Below, piece by piece: positions 38,645-48,294 of a stretch of 64,000 nt of DNA. A model generated the notes under the pieces. It had not been told where the DNA came from, ran no database searches, and worked only from the letters and a program-made list of their open reading frames with translations. Each line of letters opens with the position of its first letter. The first letter of the stretch is position 1. A program made the translations under genes and the position numbers. The DNA comes from a virus (Duplodnaviria; Heunggongvirae; Uroviricota; Caudoviricetes): the IMG/VR virus record IMGVR_UViG_3300049049_000146, positions 291,216-355,215 of that record; one strand, given 5' to 3'.

Positions 38645-38965
38645 GAGAACCCTCTCCCCGAGTAACTAGCAGATGCGAGGAGAGTTTCTAGTCCAGCAGC
38701 GAGTTGTTAACGCAGGAGCGAGTGTAGGTATGAGTAAGCAGGGAGTTAAAGTCCGTCAGGAGCTATTTCTCCCTCGGATTGTTAATACGAGGGGCTGGGT
38801 CTAGACTCTAATGTCTTTAACTTACTTGTACCCCGGGCGCCGGGGGCCAACCAACGAGTAACGAAGGTACGAAGTGGGTTTACAGAATTCGACAGACCAC
38901 TTGATCGTTTCTTCTGTAACATCGTACAAGTGACCGAAACCACTCACGATTAAGTCTCACACAGC

Positions 38966-39853
38966 ATGCAGTCTGAAACAATCGATCCGGAGCCGCCGAT
39001 GAGCGAGAACAGCGCAAAAAACCCTCCTGGCGAGGTTAAAAAACTCAGTCTGAGGGTTGTTCACGACGAAAAATCCCTGATGCGCTGTCAGGTGCACGGC
39101 GAGCCGATCCGCGTCGACTGCCAGCTGAGTGAGTGCGTGTTCCACACCCGGTACCCCGGGGTGAAGAATTGCGTGCTGGTGTACATGGCCAAGCAGGGCC
39201 TTCACGACCTCAAGGCCATCGACATCGGTATGCTCAAGGGCATCCCCGCTCAGAAGGTCAACCGCGACCTCTCCCGGGCTACCGTCGCGATGCGCAACGA
39301 CACGCTGAAGGTCTCGAATGCGATCGACGTGGAGCCTCGCTTCGTCACCATGGTCGGCCTGGACGTCTGCTACGCGTGCGAGACGCCCATCACCATGAAG
39401 AACCGCAAGGCTGCCCTGGAGACCCGCCTGCCGCGCTCAGGGGACACCGTCACCTACTGCTCGCAGGCGTGCCACGACCAGAAGCCTCCCCAGTTCATCG
39501 CTGCTGAAATTGCGTGCTGCAACGACATCGCAGTGATCAGTGAGTGGGCCTCCAAGAAGTATTCGACGCTCGGCGGCTTGGAGCAGGCGCTCGGGATGAA
39601 TCGCGCACTGCTTGGTGAAGCGCTCAAGAATCTCCTGGATATTGATGCCGAAGAGCTTTACTCGACGACCCAGCGTGTAAAGACCAGGAGCAAGGAATTG
39701 GTCCGCCGCACCGGCTCCCGTCCGGAGTGGTTGTCGAACTTCATGGACCTGATGCGGCCTCTCCTGGACGATATGACCCGAAAGCACGGCAAGCCGAAGA
39801 TGAATTTCTCGGCGCTGGTCGAGGAAGTTCAAACCGTAATCGATACGATCTAA
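38966..39853 (+). CDS. Putative Zn-binding/HTH transcription regulator
   Basis: C..H....C...C.FH..C cluster, HTH-like 'LKAIDIGMLKGIPAQKVNRDLSRA', CYAC...YCS.AC finger, second HTH-like 'TLGGLEQALGMNRALL'. Confidence 0.55.
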   Translation: MQSETIDPEPPMSENSAKNPPGEVKKLSLRVVHDEKSLMRCQVHGEPIRVDCQLSECVFHTRYPGVKNCVLVYMAKQGLHDLKAIDIGMLKGIPAQKVNRDLSRATVAMRNDTLKVSNAIDVEPRFVTMVGLDVCYACETPITMKNRKAALETRLPRSGDTVTYCSQACHDQKPPQFIAAEIACCNDIAVISEWASKKYSTLGGLEQALGMNRALLGEALKNLLDIDAEELYSTTQRVKTRSKELVRRTGSRPEWLSNFMDLMRPLLDDMTRKHGKPKMNFSALVEEVQTVIDTI

Positions 39854-39934
39854 CCATTATAGATGGCAGGCACTTGCTTATCTATGAGAAGTTAGTGCCA
39901 GTAGGGGTCCACCACCCCACCTCAGGAGAACAAA

Positions 39935-40759
39935 ATGAGAGATCGCATCAACAGCAAGCTCCTCGATCGCCTCGGTAAGACGGTTGAAGCGAGGAATCTC
40001 CCGCCGCGTTCGGACATGTTCATTTCGGATGTTGAGTACATCGACCCAATGAAGTGCAATGTGCTCATTGGCTACGATGCGCACGTGGCTGGCGCCCCGA
40101 CGCTCTCGCAGATCGAGCGCTTCGTCGAGGCGACCTTCAACGGCAAGATCCACGCGCAGAGCACGACCGCGATGCTTCACGAGCCAGAAGAGGCCGTCAG
40201 CATCCTTCTCACGCTCCACGCCGATACCCGCCCCATCACCGACGCGACCGTGATGCGCCGCATGCTTGCGAGCGCGTACATGGACGACGCAACTGGTTCG
40301 ATTTGGCAGGTTGCTGATACCGGCACGCACAAGATTCTCGTTCGTCAGACGGACGAGGACATCTCGCAGATCGTCAAGGCCCGCGTGCAGCGCCGTTCGC
40401 GCAAGCAGGCGAGCTTCGGCCGCGTTCGTCAGGCCGCGCCGATGGTTTCTGTCGGAGACAAGGTCCGCTACTTCGACGGCGTGATCCCGCAGGTGGGCAC
40501 TGTTTCGTCCGTGTCGGACAAGAAGGTGACCATCAACGGCAAGTCCTTCCCCCGCGAGTCCGTTTTCAACGTTGTGGAGCGCTCCGAGGGCGTGCTCACC
40601 GACGAGAAGAACGTCCTTCAGGACTACTGGACCCGCGCTGTTGGCAATGCTGAGTGGGCGAAGGCATTCACCCGTCAGCTGAATCAGCAGTCCGAGAGCC
40701 TTTCGACCGACACTGGATTCTCCGGCACGGTTGGTGAGGGCGCTGGAAAGAAGAAGTGA
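39935..40759 (+). CDS. Conserved-looking head-module protein
   Basis: 274 aa, AGGAG RBS, 'YMD...G.IW.V......LVRQ..EDI..I' and an SH3-like C-terminus. Confidence 0.65.
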   Translation: MRDRINSKLLDRLGKTVEARNLPPRSDMFISDVEYIDPMKCNVLIGYDAHVAGAPTLSQIERFVEATFNGKIHAQSTTAMLHEPEEAVSILLTLHADTRPITDATVMRRMLASAYMDDATGSIWQVADTGTHKILVRQTDEDISQIVKARVQRRSRKQASFGRVRQAAPMVSVGDKVRYFDGVIPQVGTVSSVSDKKVTINGKSFPRESVFNVVERSEGVLTDEKNVLQDYWTRAVGNAEWAKAFTRQLNQQSESLSTDTGFSGTVGEGAGKKK

Positions 40760-40968
40760 GCCCTGAGCGTCTTCTTCGTCTAGCACTTCGTCTGAAGGAC
40801 CTCGCTAATCTGACAGACGAAGAGACCTCTATGTCTCCTCATTCCTTCCCCGGAATTCTTCCTGAGACGCTCGGTGGACCCATCAGGAAAAGGCACTTGC
40901 CGCATGATACCGAGAGGCCCCGAGGAATTGTAGAGGCAGAAGAAGACGACGATCTGACTGACGAATGA
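40756..40968 (+). CDS. Small hypothetical protein
   Basis: 70 aa, GTGA overlap, followed by a terminator. Confidence 0.5.
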   Translation: MSPERLLRLALRLKDLANLTDEETSMSPHSFPGILPETLGGPIRKRHLPHDTERPRGIVEAEEDDDLTDE

Positions 40969-40976
40969 CTGATGCT

Positions 40977-41011
40977 AAAGGGGCCGCTTCTATCCGGATG
41001 CGGCCCTTTTT
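40977..41011 (+). terminator. Intrinsic terminator
   Basis: GGGCCGC/GCGGCCC stem plus TTTTT. Confidence 0.8.
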
Positions 41012-41029
41012 GCTTCCAGGGAGTTGGAC

Positions 41030-41623
41030 ATGAAGGTAATCAAGCTGACCAAAGAAGAGCAGGAACAAGTGCTCGAAGAGACGCGCATCGGCAAGTCCCC
41101 CGAGCGCATTTCGATTGAACTATGCCTGGATTACGACGATGTCGTGACCTTTCTTGACTCGCTTGAGCCGAAGAATCGCTACGCTCGTCTGTCCGAAGTC
41201 ATCGACGACCTCGAAGATGTATGCCGCCGAACGAAGATGGAGCTTGATCAGGGCGCGGATAACGCAATGCTCGTTCAGGCATACCAGCGTGTGGCCAACG
41301 AATACCGTGTAGCTCTCGCTGAGCTTGATTCTCTTCAGACTCCTGAGGAACGCGTAGGCGAACTCATGGAGCGCGCATTCAATCCATTCGTGAAGGCGCT
41401 CTTGAAGGTGTGCGTCGAGGAAACCAACAAGCTTCAGCAGGAGCTTGTGAAGTACGCGGTGCCGGAGCGCGACGCGAAGAACGTCTCGACAGAGCTTTTC
41501 AAGCGTCTCGCTGATTCACTGAAGGGGTCGATGAGCCCCTCTGCTGACGCCCTCCGCGCTTACTTCGGTGCCAAGAAGCAGGAAGAGGCCGCTCAAGGCG
41601 TGCCCGGAAGGACGCTGCAGTGA
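41030..41623 (+). CDS. Putative terminase small subunit
   Basis: N-terminal HTH-like 'GKSPERISIELCLDYDDV' plus coiled coil, two genes upstream of TerL; inferred from position. Confidence 0.45.
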   Translation: MKVIKLTKEEQEQVLEETRIGKSPERISIELCLDYDDVVTFLDSLEPKNRYARLSEVIDDLEDVCRRTKMELDQGADNAMLVQAYQRVANEYRVALAELDSLQTPEERVGELMERAFNPFVKALLKVCVEETNKLQQELVKYAVPERDAKNVSTELFKRLADSLKGSMSPSADALRAYFGAKKQEEAAQGVPGRTLQ

Positions 41624-41958
41624 ATCCTACGATTCAGCAGCGCCTAGCGAAGGTTGCGGCGACCGTAGCGCAGCTTGAGCGGCTGCGAATCGTGGCCGAG
41701 GGTTGCGTATGCCCGCCGAATTCTGCGCCTGTGTGCGGAACTGACGGGCGTACGTATGAGAACGCCTGCGTGTGCCGATGCAGCGGCGCTGACGTGATGC
41801 ACGACGGGCCTTGTGAAAAGAAGGAAGAGTCGAACATCGATGACGGCGCGGCCCCTGCCCCGACCGGATCGCCTGTTAACCACTCGCGTTACATGGTTGA
41901 GCCAGGCCACGGCGAAGCCACTGTTGACTTCCTCAGATTTACGGCGAAGAGAAAATGA
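41620..41958 (+). CDS. Kazal-type domain protein
   Basis: C.CP....PVCGTDGRTYENAC...C.G..V.H.GPC is the Kazal signature; GTGA/ATGA overlaps at both ends. Confidence 0.85.
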   Translation: MNPTIQQRLAKVAATVAQLERLRIVAEGCVCPPNSAPVCGTDGRTYENACVCRCSGADVMHDGPCEKKEESNIDDGAAPAPTGSPVNHSRYMVEPGHGEATVDFLRFTAKRK

Positions 41959-43982
41959 GCAAGACGAATCCCAAGGTCCAGGACGACAACTCACATCTGT
42001 TAGATCTCGATGCGCTGATCAATCAGATTGTCGATTCCGGCCTTGATCCTACAATTTTCGACGTCGATCTTGACGTCAAGTTCGCGAAAAACGTCATCGA
42101 ATTCGCGCTCAGTCCTGAGTACATGAACACCCTGCTCTTTGCTCGCCAGGCAGAGCAGGCAGTCAGGCTGTTCCTTGACTACTGCCCCGCGTGCACAGAC
42201 AAGGATTTCATCGAGGACGTTCCTGTCGATGCATCGATGGGTACCTTCCGTTCGAAGGTGATTCTCCTGGAGCATGGCGTTTGTCCCTCATGCCAGAAGA
42301 ATCGCTGCGAGCTATTTGAGACGATCCCTTACGAACTCGTAAGCTGTCTCGGTCAGCGCTCGGGTAAGACGGCTCTCGCGGGTGGCATCATTTTCCCGTA
42401 CTACGTGCACCGGTTCTTGGAGATCAAGAATCCGTCTCAGTATTACGGGCTGATGAGCAACACGCTGTTCCAGATGACGTTCGTCGCCGTCACGGCTACA
42501 CAGGCGTACGAAACACTGTGGCAGCAGTTCAAGCAGTCGCTTCTTTCCAGTCCTTGGTTCAAGGACTACATGAAGAAGCTGAAGGACGTCGAGAAGGAGC
42601 GTGACTACGAAAAGGGCACGCTCATCAAGGTCATGGATACCTTGATTTGGTTCGGCAACAAGCAGCTGGGTATTTCCTACGCTGCCGCCGACATGAAGTC
42701 CCTTCGTGGTCGTACGCGTGTTGCTGCCGGCATCGACGAGTTGGGCTGGTTCAATTCCAAGGAAGCTGTTCGCGCGAACGCCGACGAAACGTATGCGGCT
42801 CTTGCGAACTCTCTCCGCACGGTTCGTTCTGCTGCTGACAAGCTCTGGAAGAATGGCGACTACAAGGCCCTTCCGGGTTTGATGGTGAACATCAGTTCGC
42901 CTAGCTCTCTGTTCGATAAGATCATGCGCCTACTCAAGGAGGGTGAGCGCGATAAGCGTAAGGCGTGCTTCCACCTCGCTTCGTGGGAGGCGAACCCAAA
43001 CATCACGCGCGAGAGCTTGCACTCGGACGAGATGAATAACCCCGTGGTGTTCTGGCGCGACTTCGGGGCCCAACCTCCCGTCGCCAACAATCCGTTCATC
43101 GAGAGTGCGTCTGCAATCAAGGATCTGAATTCTGGGCGTAAGGCGCTCTTCAACTGGAAGACGGAATACGTCAAGGACAAGGTTACGAACAAGAATCGTT
43201 ACGTCGGCGCAAAGCTCATTACGAGCCAATTCACCGACCGCATGACTCCACGAATCATCACCGTAGACGGCGGCGAAACCCAGAACGCCTTCGCTATCAA
43301 CGTGATGCACATGGAGCGCAGTGCAGATTCGACCGAGTCTGAGTTCACCATCTATACGGATGCGGTGATCGAAGTCAGGCCGGAAAAGATCAAGGAGACT
43401 GAGGAAACCATCCCGGTCCATTTCCCCTCGATGTTCCAGATCATTCTGGACCTCTGCAACCGCCAGACAGGCTTGAACATCCGAGCGGTTCTCTACGACC
43501 GTTGGCAGAGTACCGGCGAAGTACAGCGTCTTCGTGATCTCCGAATCAAGGCTGAACGCTACTCGCCCAAGGAGCAGGACTTCAAGAATTTCCGCAACCT
43601 AGTGTACAGCGGGAATTTCCGTACGCCGAAATGGGAGTACGATAGCGTTGACGAGCTTGACATCACCGATTTGATGCAGGTGAGGGCTGCTCCATACACC
43701 CATTTGGCTCTCCAGTGCGCCACAGTTCGCGAGATTGGACGCAAGGTCGTCAAGCCGGAAGCTGGTGACGACGATCTTTTCCGTACATGTGTTCTCGGAG
43801 CTTATTATCTACTGGAGAACAAGAAGGAGTTCCTCGTCGCTTCAACCGGGGAGCGTCAGGGTGCTGTTGTCGGCTCACTCAGGCTTAGGTCAGCGGGGAG
43901 AATGGGACCGTCGTTCCAGGCTACCAGACCAAAGAACCAGGTCGGTGCTGTTCGAGGTATGAACGGCTTCAAACGCCGCTAG
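41955..43982 (+). CDS. Terminase large subunit
   Basis: Walker A GQRSGKT, Walker B AGIDE, ISSP coupling motif, SWEANP, RDFGA, nuclease TVDGG...YDRWQS...DD. Confidence 0.92.
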   Translation: MSKTNPKVQDDNSHLLDLDALINQIVDSGLDPTIFDVDLDVKFAKNVIEFALSPEYMNTLLFARQAEQAVRLFLDYCPACTDKDFIEDVPVDASMGTFRSKVILLEHGVCPSCQKNRCELFETIPYELVSCLGQRSGKTALAGGIIFPYYVHRFLEIKNPSQYYGLMSNTLFQMTFVAVTATQAYETLWQQFKQSLLSSPWFKDYMKKLKDVEKERDYEKGTLIKVMDTLIWFGNKQLGISYAAADMKSLRGRTRVAAGIDELGWFNSKEAVRANADETYAALANSLRTVRSAADKLWKNGDYKALPGLMVNISSPSSLFDKIMRLLKEGERDKRKACFHLASWEANPNITRESLHSDEMNNPVVFWRDFGAQPPVANNPFIESASAIKDLNSGRKALFNWKTEYVKDKVTNKNRYVGAKLITSQFTDRMTPRIITVDGGETQNAFAINVMHMERSADSTESEFTIYTDAVIEVRPEKIKETEETIPVHFPSMFQIILDLCNRQTGLNIRAVLYDRWQSTGEVQRLRDLRIKAERYSPKEQDFKNFRNLVYSGNFRTPKWEYDSVDELDITDLMQVRAAPYTHLALQCATVREIGRKVVKPEAGDDDLFRTCVLGAYYLLENKKEFLVASTGERQGAVVGSLRLRSAGRMGPSFQATRPKNQVGAVRGMNGFKRR

Positions 43983-43990
43983 GAGAAACC

Positions 43991-44344
43991 ATGCGTAGTC
44001 CAATCGACGAATTCATCGACGAAACCCTGAAGACCTATCAGGTCAAGCACGTAGTGACGCCGGAATACCGACGTGCGCTCAAGTACAAGTTGGCGATGGC
44101 CGAGATCACCGATCGTCCGTCCACAGACGTGGATAAGGAGATCGCCCGCGACATCATCCTGAAGGATTTCCAGAAGGGCGCCAACTCGATGCGCACTGCC
44201 GCGCTTTCATCGCCCTATCAGGCGGAAGTAATGAAGAGCGCGGGTATGTGCCCCCGTTGCCGCCACGTGATGGCATTCTGCAAGCTTGCCGAAAGCAATG
44301 ACGCTCGCTTCTGCAGCAACTGTCACGTCGTTCTCCCCTCCTGA
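43991..44344 (+). CDS. Zinc-ribbon protein
   Basis: CPRC...FCSNC; AGGAG RBS. Confidence 0.65.
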   Translation: MRSPIDEFIDETLKTYQVKHVVTPEYRRALKYKLAMAEITDRPSTDVDKEIARDIILKDFQKGANSMRTAALSSPYQAEVMKSAGMCPRCRHVMAFCKLAESNDARFCSNCHVVLPS

Positions 44345-44356
44345 ATCGAGGCTCCA

Positions 44357-44716
44357 ATGTCTGACGTGTCCGCAAAGAAGGCGTTGATCCGCAATCTTTG
44401 GTCCCTTGGTCTTCACAAGCAGGCCAGAGCCGAATACCGTTCGGCTCTTTCCGGCATGGATCAGAAGACTCAGGGCCAGCAGATGAAGATCTTCAGGTCC
44501 GTTCTGAGCGACATGGGCGCTGATTCGGTGGTCGAGAGCCTTCGCCTCAATCCGCAGAAGAAGACCATGTCGTTCAAGTTGAACCTCGGTCTCACGGAGT
44601 TTTCTCCGTTCCTGGAGAGATTCCTTCGTAACCTGAATGCGTCAGGCACGAAGGAGTATTCCGTCAGCGGTATCCACCGTGGAGACAACACCATCGTCGA
44701 AATCAAGATCGGGTGA
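44357..44716 (+). CDS. Hypothetical protein (head module)
   Basis: 119 aa, GAGG RBS. Confidence 0.6.
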   Translation: MSDVSAKKALIRNLWSLGLHKQARAEYRSALSGMDQKTQGQQMKIFRSVLSDMGADSVVESLRLNPQKKTMSFKLNLGLTEFSPFLERFLRNLNASGTKEYSVSGIHRGDNTIVEIKIG

Positions 44717-44719
44717 AGT

Positions 44720-45178
44720 ATGGAGCCGTATCAGCCGAAATTTCTCACGGAAGATGAGCGTGGAGAGCCCGAGACGATTCCTTCGGCTGACGTAACGCCG
44801 TCACAGCGTGAGCTTCGTCCAGTCGAGGGCTCGTACATGACGTACGACGCGGCAATCGACGACCTTCGAATGATGGGTGCTTACAAATTCGCCCTGAAGA
44901 GCAAGCTCGGCGAGAAGTGTCACGTACTTCAGTTCAAGTCGAACTACTCTCTTGACTCCGTGCCTAACGCATACAAGGGTAAGGACGGCCCGCTCCTCTG
45001 GAAGATCACTCTGCCAGGAGTCGTGGGCTACACCACGGACCAGGATTTCAAGACGATGTACTTCAAATCCCCCGCACACGTTGAGAAGTTTCTCGCGGCA
45101 ATGCGTGGTGATGACGAAGGTCGCTCGTTCGAAGAAGTCCAAGAACAGGGTGACAACCTCAAGAAAGTCCTGTGGTAA
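44720..45178 (+). CDS. Hypothetical protein (head module)
   Basis: 152-aa ORF in the operon. Confidence 0.6.
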   Translation: MEPYQPKFLTEDERGEPETIPSADVTPSQRELRPVEGSYMTYDAAIDDLRMMGAYKFALKSKLGEKCHVLQFKSNYSLDSVPNAYKGKDGPLLWKITLPGVVGYTTDQDFKTMYFKSPAHVEKFLAAMRGDDEGRSFEEVQEQGDNLKKVLW

Positions 45179-45181
45179 TTC

Positions 45182-47524
45182 ATGTCCAGTATCAAGTTCA
45201 ACTTCGACAGAATGAGGGTCGCAACCCTGCGTAAGCAGGCTGCGGGCGCTTCTGGCTTTTCCAGTTCAGGACTTAGTGGCGGCGGCGCAGGCGGGTTTGG
45301 CGGATCTGGATTCAACGGATTCGGGGGTGGTGGTCGAGGCAACTCCCATAACCGCTTCAACCCAGTCTACGACGATCTCTCAGAGGGCACGATTGTCGAG
45401 CAGTTCATGCCGACGGATGTTCGCCGTCTGCATCGTATCTGGCGACGCATCTACTACCAGGATCCGGTAGCAGGCCCAGCTGTTGAGTTGTACAAGGACC
45501 TGCCCTGGTCGGACTTCCAGTTGATCGGAGTCGACGACCAGACAATCGCGCAGCTGTACAGCGACTGCCTCAACGCGATCAACATCACGTCGCGTTTGCC
45601 TGAACTTTCGGCCGAATTCCTTACGATGGGTAAGGTCATCGGTCACATGCTGTTTGATGAGTCCAAGGGATTCTTCAACCGCATGATCATTCACGATCCT
45701 GACTGGATTCGTGTCAGCGAGATTCCGCTTGGCGGTTTCCAGCCTAAGCTGGACCTCATTCCAACTCCAGGAATGAGAGCCTTTGCGTCTTCAAAGGACC
45801 CTCGTGACATCGAAGCGCAGGAACAGGTACCTGAACTCGTCCAGATGATTCGGAACGGCCAGGAGATTCCGCTCGCTCCTGAGCACACGTTCTACATTCC
45901 TCGTCGATACGCACCGTACGACGTCATGGGCGCAAGCGCTTACACGCGCATCATCATGTTCGTGGCGTACGAAAAGGCGCTCGTCAACGCGACGGTGGCG
46001 TCCGCACGCCGCCGCGCATCCAGAATTCGCCACGTAACGGCAGGCATCGACGATGTGTGGGAGCCTAGCGCTGAGGAGCTTGGTTCGATTTCCGATCTCT
46101 TCATGCAGGCGGATGAGGACCCTGTCGGCGCTATCGTAGTTACCCGTACCGGAGTGCAGGTAAACGAAGTCGGTGGGTCGAGTCCTCAGGATATCGTCAA
46201 GATTTCCGACGAGTGGCAGTTCCTTCTCCAGGGTAAGCTCAATGCTCTCGGTGTGTCTGAGGCATTCCTTACCGGTGAGGCGACGTACAATACGCTTGAA
46301 CAGCTGATGTCGGTCTTCCTTGAGAAGGTGAAGGCGCACCGAAACTTCTTCGTGCATAACCTCATCAAGGAAAAGATCCTCAAGCCACTCGCTATCAAGC
46401 ACAACTTCATTCGCCGTAAGAAGGCCGAAGTCGACCATCGCATTCGTATCGCGCAGGACGTGAACGAGCGCGATTATATCATCCCAACGTTGGCGTGGGC
46501 GAAGAGCTTGCGGCCAGTTGCAGACCGTGACTACCTCGAAATTCTCGGTATGATGGAAGAGAAGGGCATTCCCGTAACTCTTCGCACATGGTCGTCTGCC
46601 GCTGGATTCGATCTCGACTCCGAGATGGACCAGTTCCCGAACGACGTCGAAGCACGTCGTCAGATGTCACAGCAGAAGAAGAAGGTCACTGCCGTAGCGC
46701 CTGAAATGGCGCAGCAGGGCGCTGGAGGAGGTCTCGGCGGAGACGACGCTCTTGGCGGTCTTGGTGGTGATCTCGGCGGCCTTGGGGGCGGCGGTGGCAT
46801 GGATATGGGCGGCCTCGGCGGCGGCATGGACATGGGAGGTATGGGTGGTGCTGGCGGAGACATGGGCGGTGGGCTCGGCGGCGCTGGTGGAGATGCTGGT
46901 GCAGGTGGTGCTGGTGGCGGAGCAGGCGGGGGTCTTGCGCTACCCGCTGTCGGTGCATCTTTCCGCGGCGCCGCTGCTATTTCGTCACCTGACGAAGTTC
47001 CAGATTCATCCAGGGAATTTGCCGCTATCTTGAGGAACCTTCCCTTCTGGGATCGTAAGGGCCAATTCATGGGCCTCGGTCTGGATCAGGCCGAGCTTAC
47101 GATGTGGCGTCTTCTCGATTTCGCAGGGACGAAGACTGCACGTACGATGACCAAGGGCGATACGAATCGCCTGCTTCGCACCGGAAATCACCGACGTGAT
47201 GACGTGCTGAAGTTCGTCCTTAGCCGTGTCGGTGTTCTGCGTAACGCAGCTATCTCTCGCGAAGTCGGAATCGATATTCAGGAGAAGCTCTCCGCGACAC
47301 TCGGGGGTCACCCTGACAAGCTCGCAGTAGAGCTTAGGGCGGTCGCTGCTTGTGTGGCAACGGGCCTTCGTGATTCGAAGCCGGCCATTCTTGAAAGGCC
47401 GGAGAACGCGAAGCTTAGGAAGGCTTCCGCGATGCAGAAGGGCCTTGTTTCTCGCTCAGAATCCGCGGGCACTTCGCTGCTTACGGGCTATGTCGACGAT
47501 CCAAAACAGCTTAAGGATGAATGA
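45182..47524 (+). CDS. Portal protein with Gly-rich linker and C-terminal extension
   Basis: 'R.IYY.DPVAG.AVELY..LP.SDF', 'ALGVSEAFLTGEATY', located between TerL and the protease. Confidence 0.8.
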   Translation: MSSIKFNFDRMRVATLRKQAAGASGFSSSGLSGGGAGGFGGSGFNGFGGGGRGNSHNRFNPVYDDLSEGTIVEQFMPTDVRRLHRIWRRIYYQDPVAGPAVELYKDLPWSDFQLIGVDDQTIAQLYSDCLNAINITSRLPELSAEFLTMGKVIGHMLFDESKGFFNRMIIHDPDWIRVSEIPLGGFQPKLDLIPTPGMRAFASSKDPRDIEAQEQVPELVQMIRNGQEIPLAPEHTFYIPRRYAPYDVMGASAYTRIIMFVAYEKALVNATVASARRRASRIRHVTAGIDDVWEPSAEELGSISDLFMQADEDPVGAIVVTRTGVQVNEVGGSSPQDIVKISDEWQFLLQGKLNALGVSEAFLTGEATYNTLEQLMSVFLEKVKAHRNFFVHNLIKEKILKPLAIKHNFIRRKKAEVDHRIRIAQDVNERDYIIPTLAWAKSLRPVADRDYLEILGMMEEKGIPVTLRTWSSAAGFDLDSEMDQFPNDVEARRQMSQQKKKVTAVAPEMAQQGAGGGLGGDDALGGLGGDLGGLGGGGGMDMGGLGGGMDMGGMGGAGGDMGGGLGGAGGDAGAGGAGGGAGGGLALPAVGASFRGAAAISSPDEVPDSSREFAAILRNLPFWDRKGQFMGLGLDQAELTMWRLLDFAGTKTARTMTKGDTNRLLRTGNHRRDDVLKFVLSRVGVLRNAAISREVGIDIQEKLSATLGGHPDKLAVELRAVAACVATGLRDSKPAILERPENAKLRKASAMQKGLVSRSESAGTSLLTGYVDDPKQLKDE

Positions 47525-47557
47525 AAATCGAAACCTGTTGATTATCTAGAGGTCACG

Positions 47558-48292
47558 ATGCTGAAGATCGGTGAATCAATTGGGGCCGTTCGTCTCTTCG
47601 AGGGACGTACTTGCGAGATGGAGCGTGATCCGTTCAGCGGAAAGCTACGCGCCGCCTCGGAGAACTTCCTCAACAAGACGAGGTCGATTGACGTATCGTG
47701 GCTCCCGATGGCTGCAGAGAAGCTGAACATCTCTGCCGACATTCGCGACTACATCATCAACGAGATTCCAATCGTCACCGTCAACGTTCCAAACAGGAAC
47801 CTTGATGAGTTCCCATACGATGAGGTCTCTGGTTTCAACGAAGAGATGGGTCGCCTCGTTTACCAGACGTTCATCGGTAAGCCGACCCATATGGATCACG
47901 ACAACCGTGATCCACGCAAGGCCAAGGGCGTTCACTTCGACGCTTCTCTCCAGAAGGTGAGCGACACTCAGTACAAGATTGTCGTTCTCGCTGGTTGGGA
48001 CCGTACGAAGGACCGCGAGCTTGCGAATGCAATCCTTCGTCGTGAGCGCACGGGCTTCTCGATGGGTGCCCTCGTCGGTTACACGATGTGTTCGTATCCA
48101 GGTTGCGGTGCAACTAGCCCGAACGGCAAGATTGCGTGCCGCCACCAGGAGCACGGACGCGGCAAGGGTCGCATCCTCGAAGGTCAGCTGATCTACGAGC
48201 GTTGCTTCCGCGTCAACTTCATCGAGACGTCGTCCGTCGCCGATCCTGCAGACCACACAGCGCACGATCGCTGGGTCAAGCCTTTCATGTGA
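47558..48292 (+). CDS. Prohead maturation protease (assemblin-like) with Zn insertion
   Basis: N.N.D.F, TFIGKP...DH, G...DA, FSMG...CS..CG...C.H, F.E.S.V.DPAD. Confidence 0.8.
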   Translation: MLKIGESIGAVRLFEGRTCEMERDPFSGKLRAASENFLNKTRSIDVSWLPMAAEKLNISADIRDYIINEIPIVTVNVPNRNLDEFPYDEVSGFNEEMGRLVYQTFIGKPTHMDHDNRDPRKAKGVHFDASLQKVSDTQYKIVVLAGWDRTKDRELANAILRRERTGFSMGALVGYTMCSYPGCGATSPNGKIACRHQEHGRGKGRILEGQLIYERCFRVNFIETSSVADPADHTAHDRWVKPFM

Positions 48293-48294
48293 TC

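Noticed and set aside
38645-38965. tRNA or tmRNA in the large intergenic gap
   Set aside because: No T-loop GTTCRA or cloverleaf was found on either strand.
48136-48294. N-terminal extension of the 376-aa ORF overlapping the protease gene
   Set aside because: ATG 48295, right after the protease stop, is the more plausible start; the extension reads like off-frame sequence.
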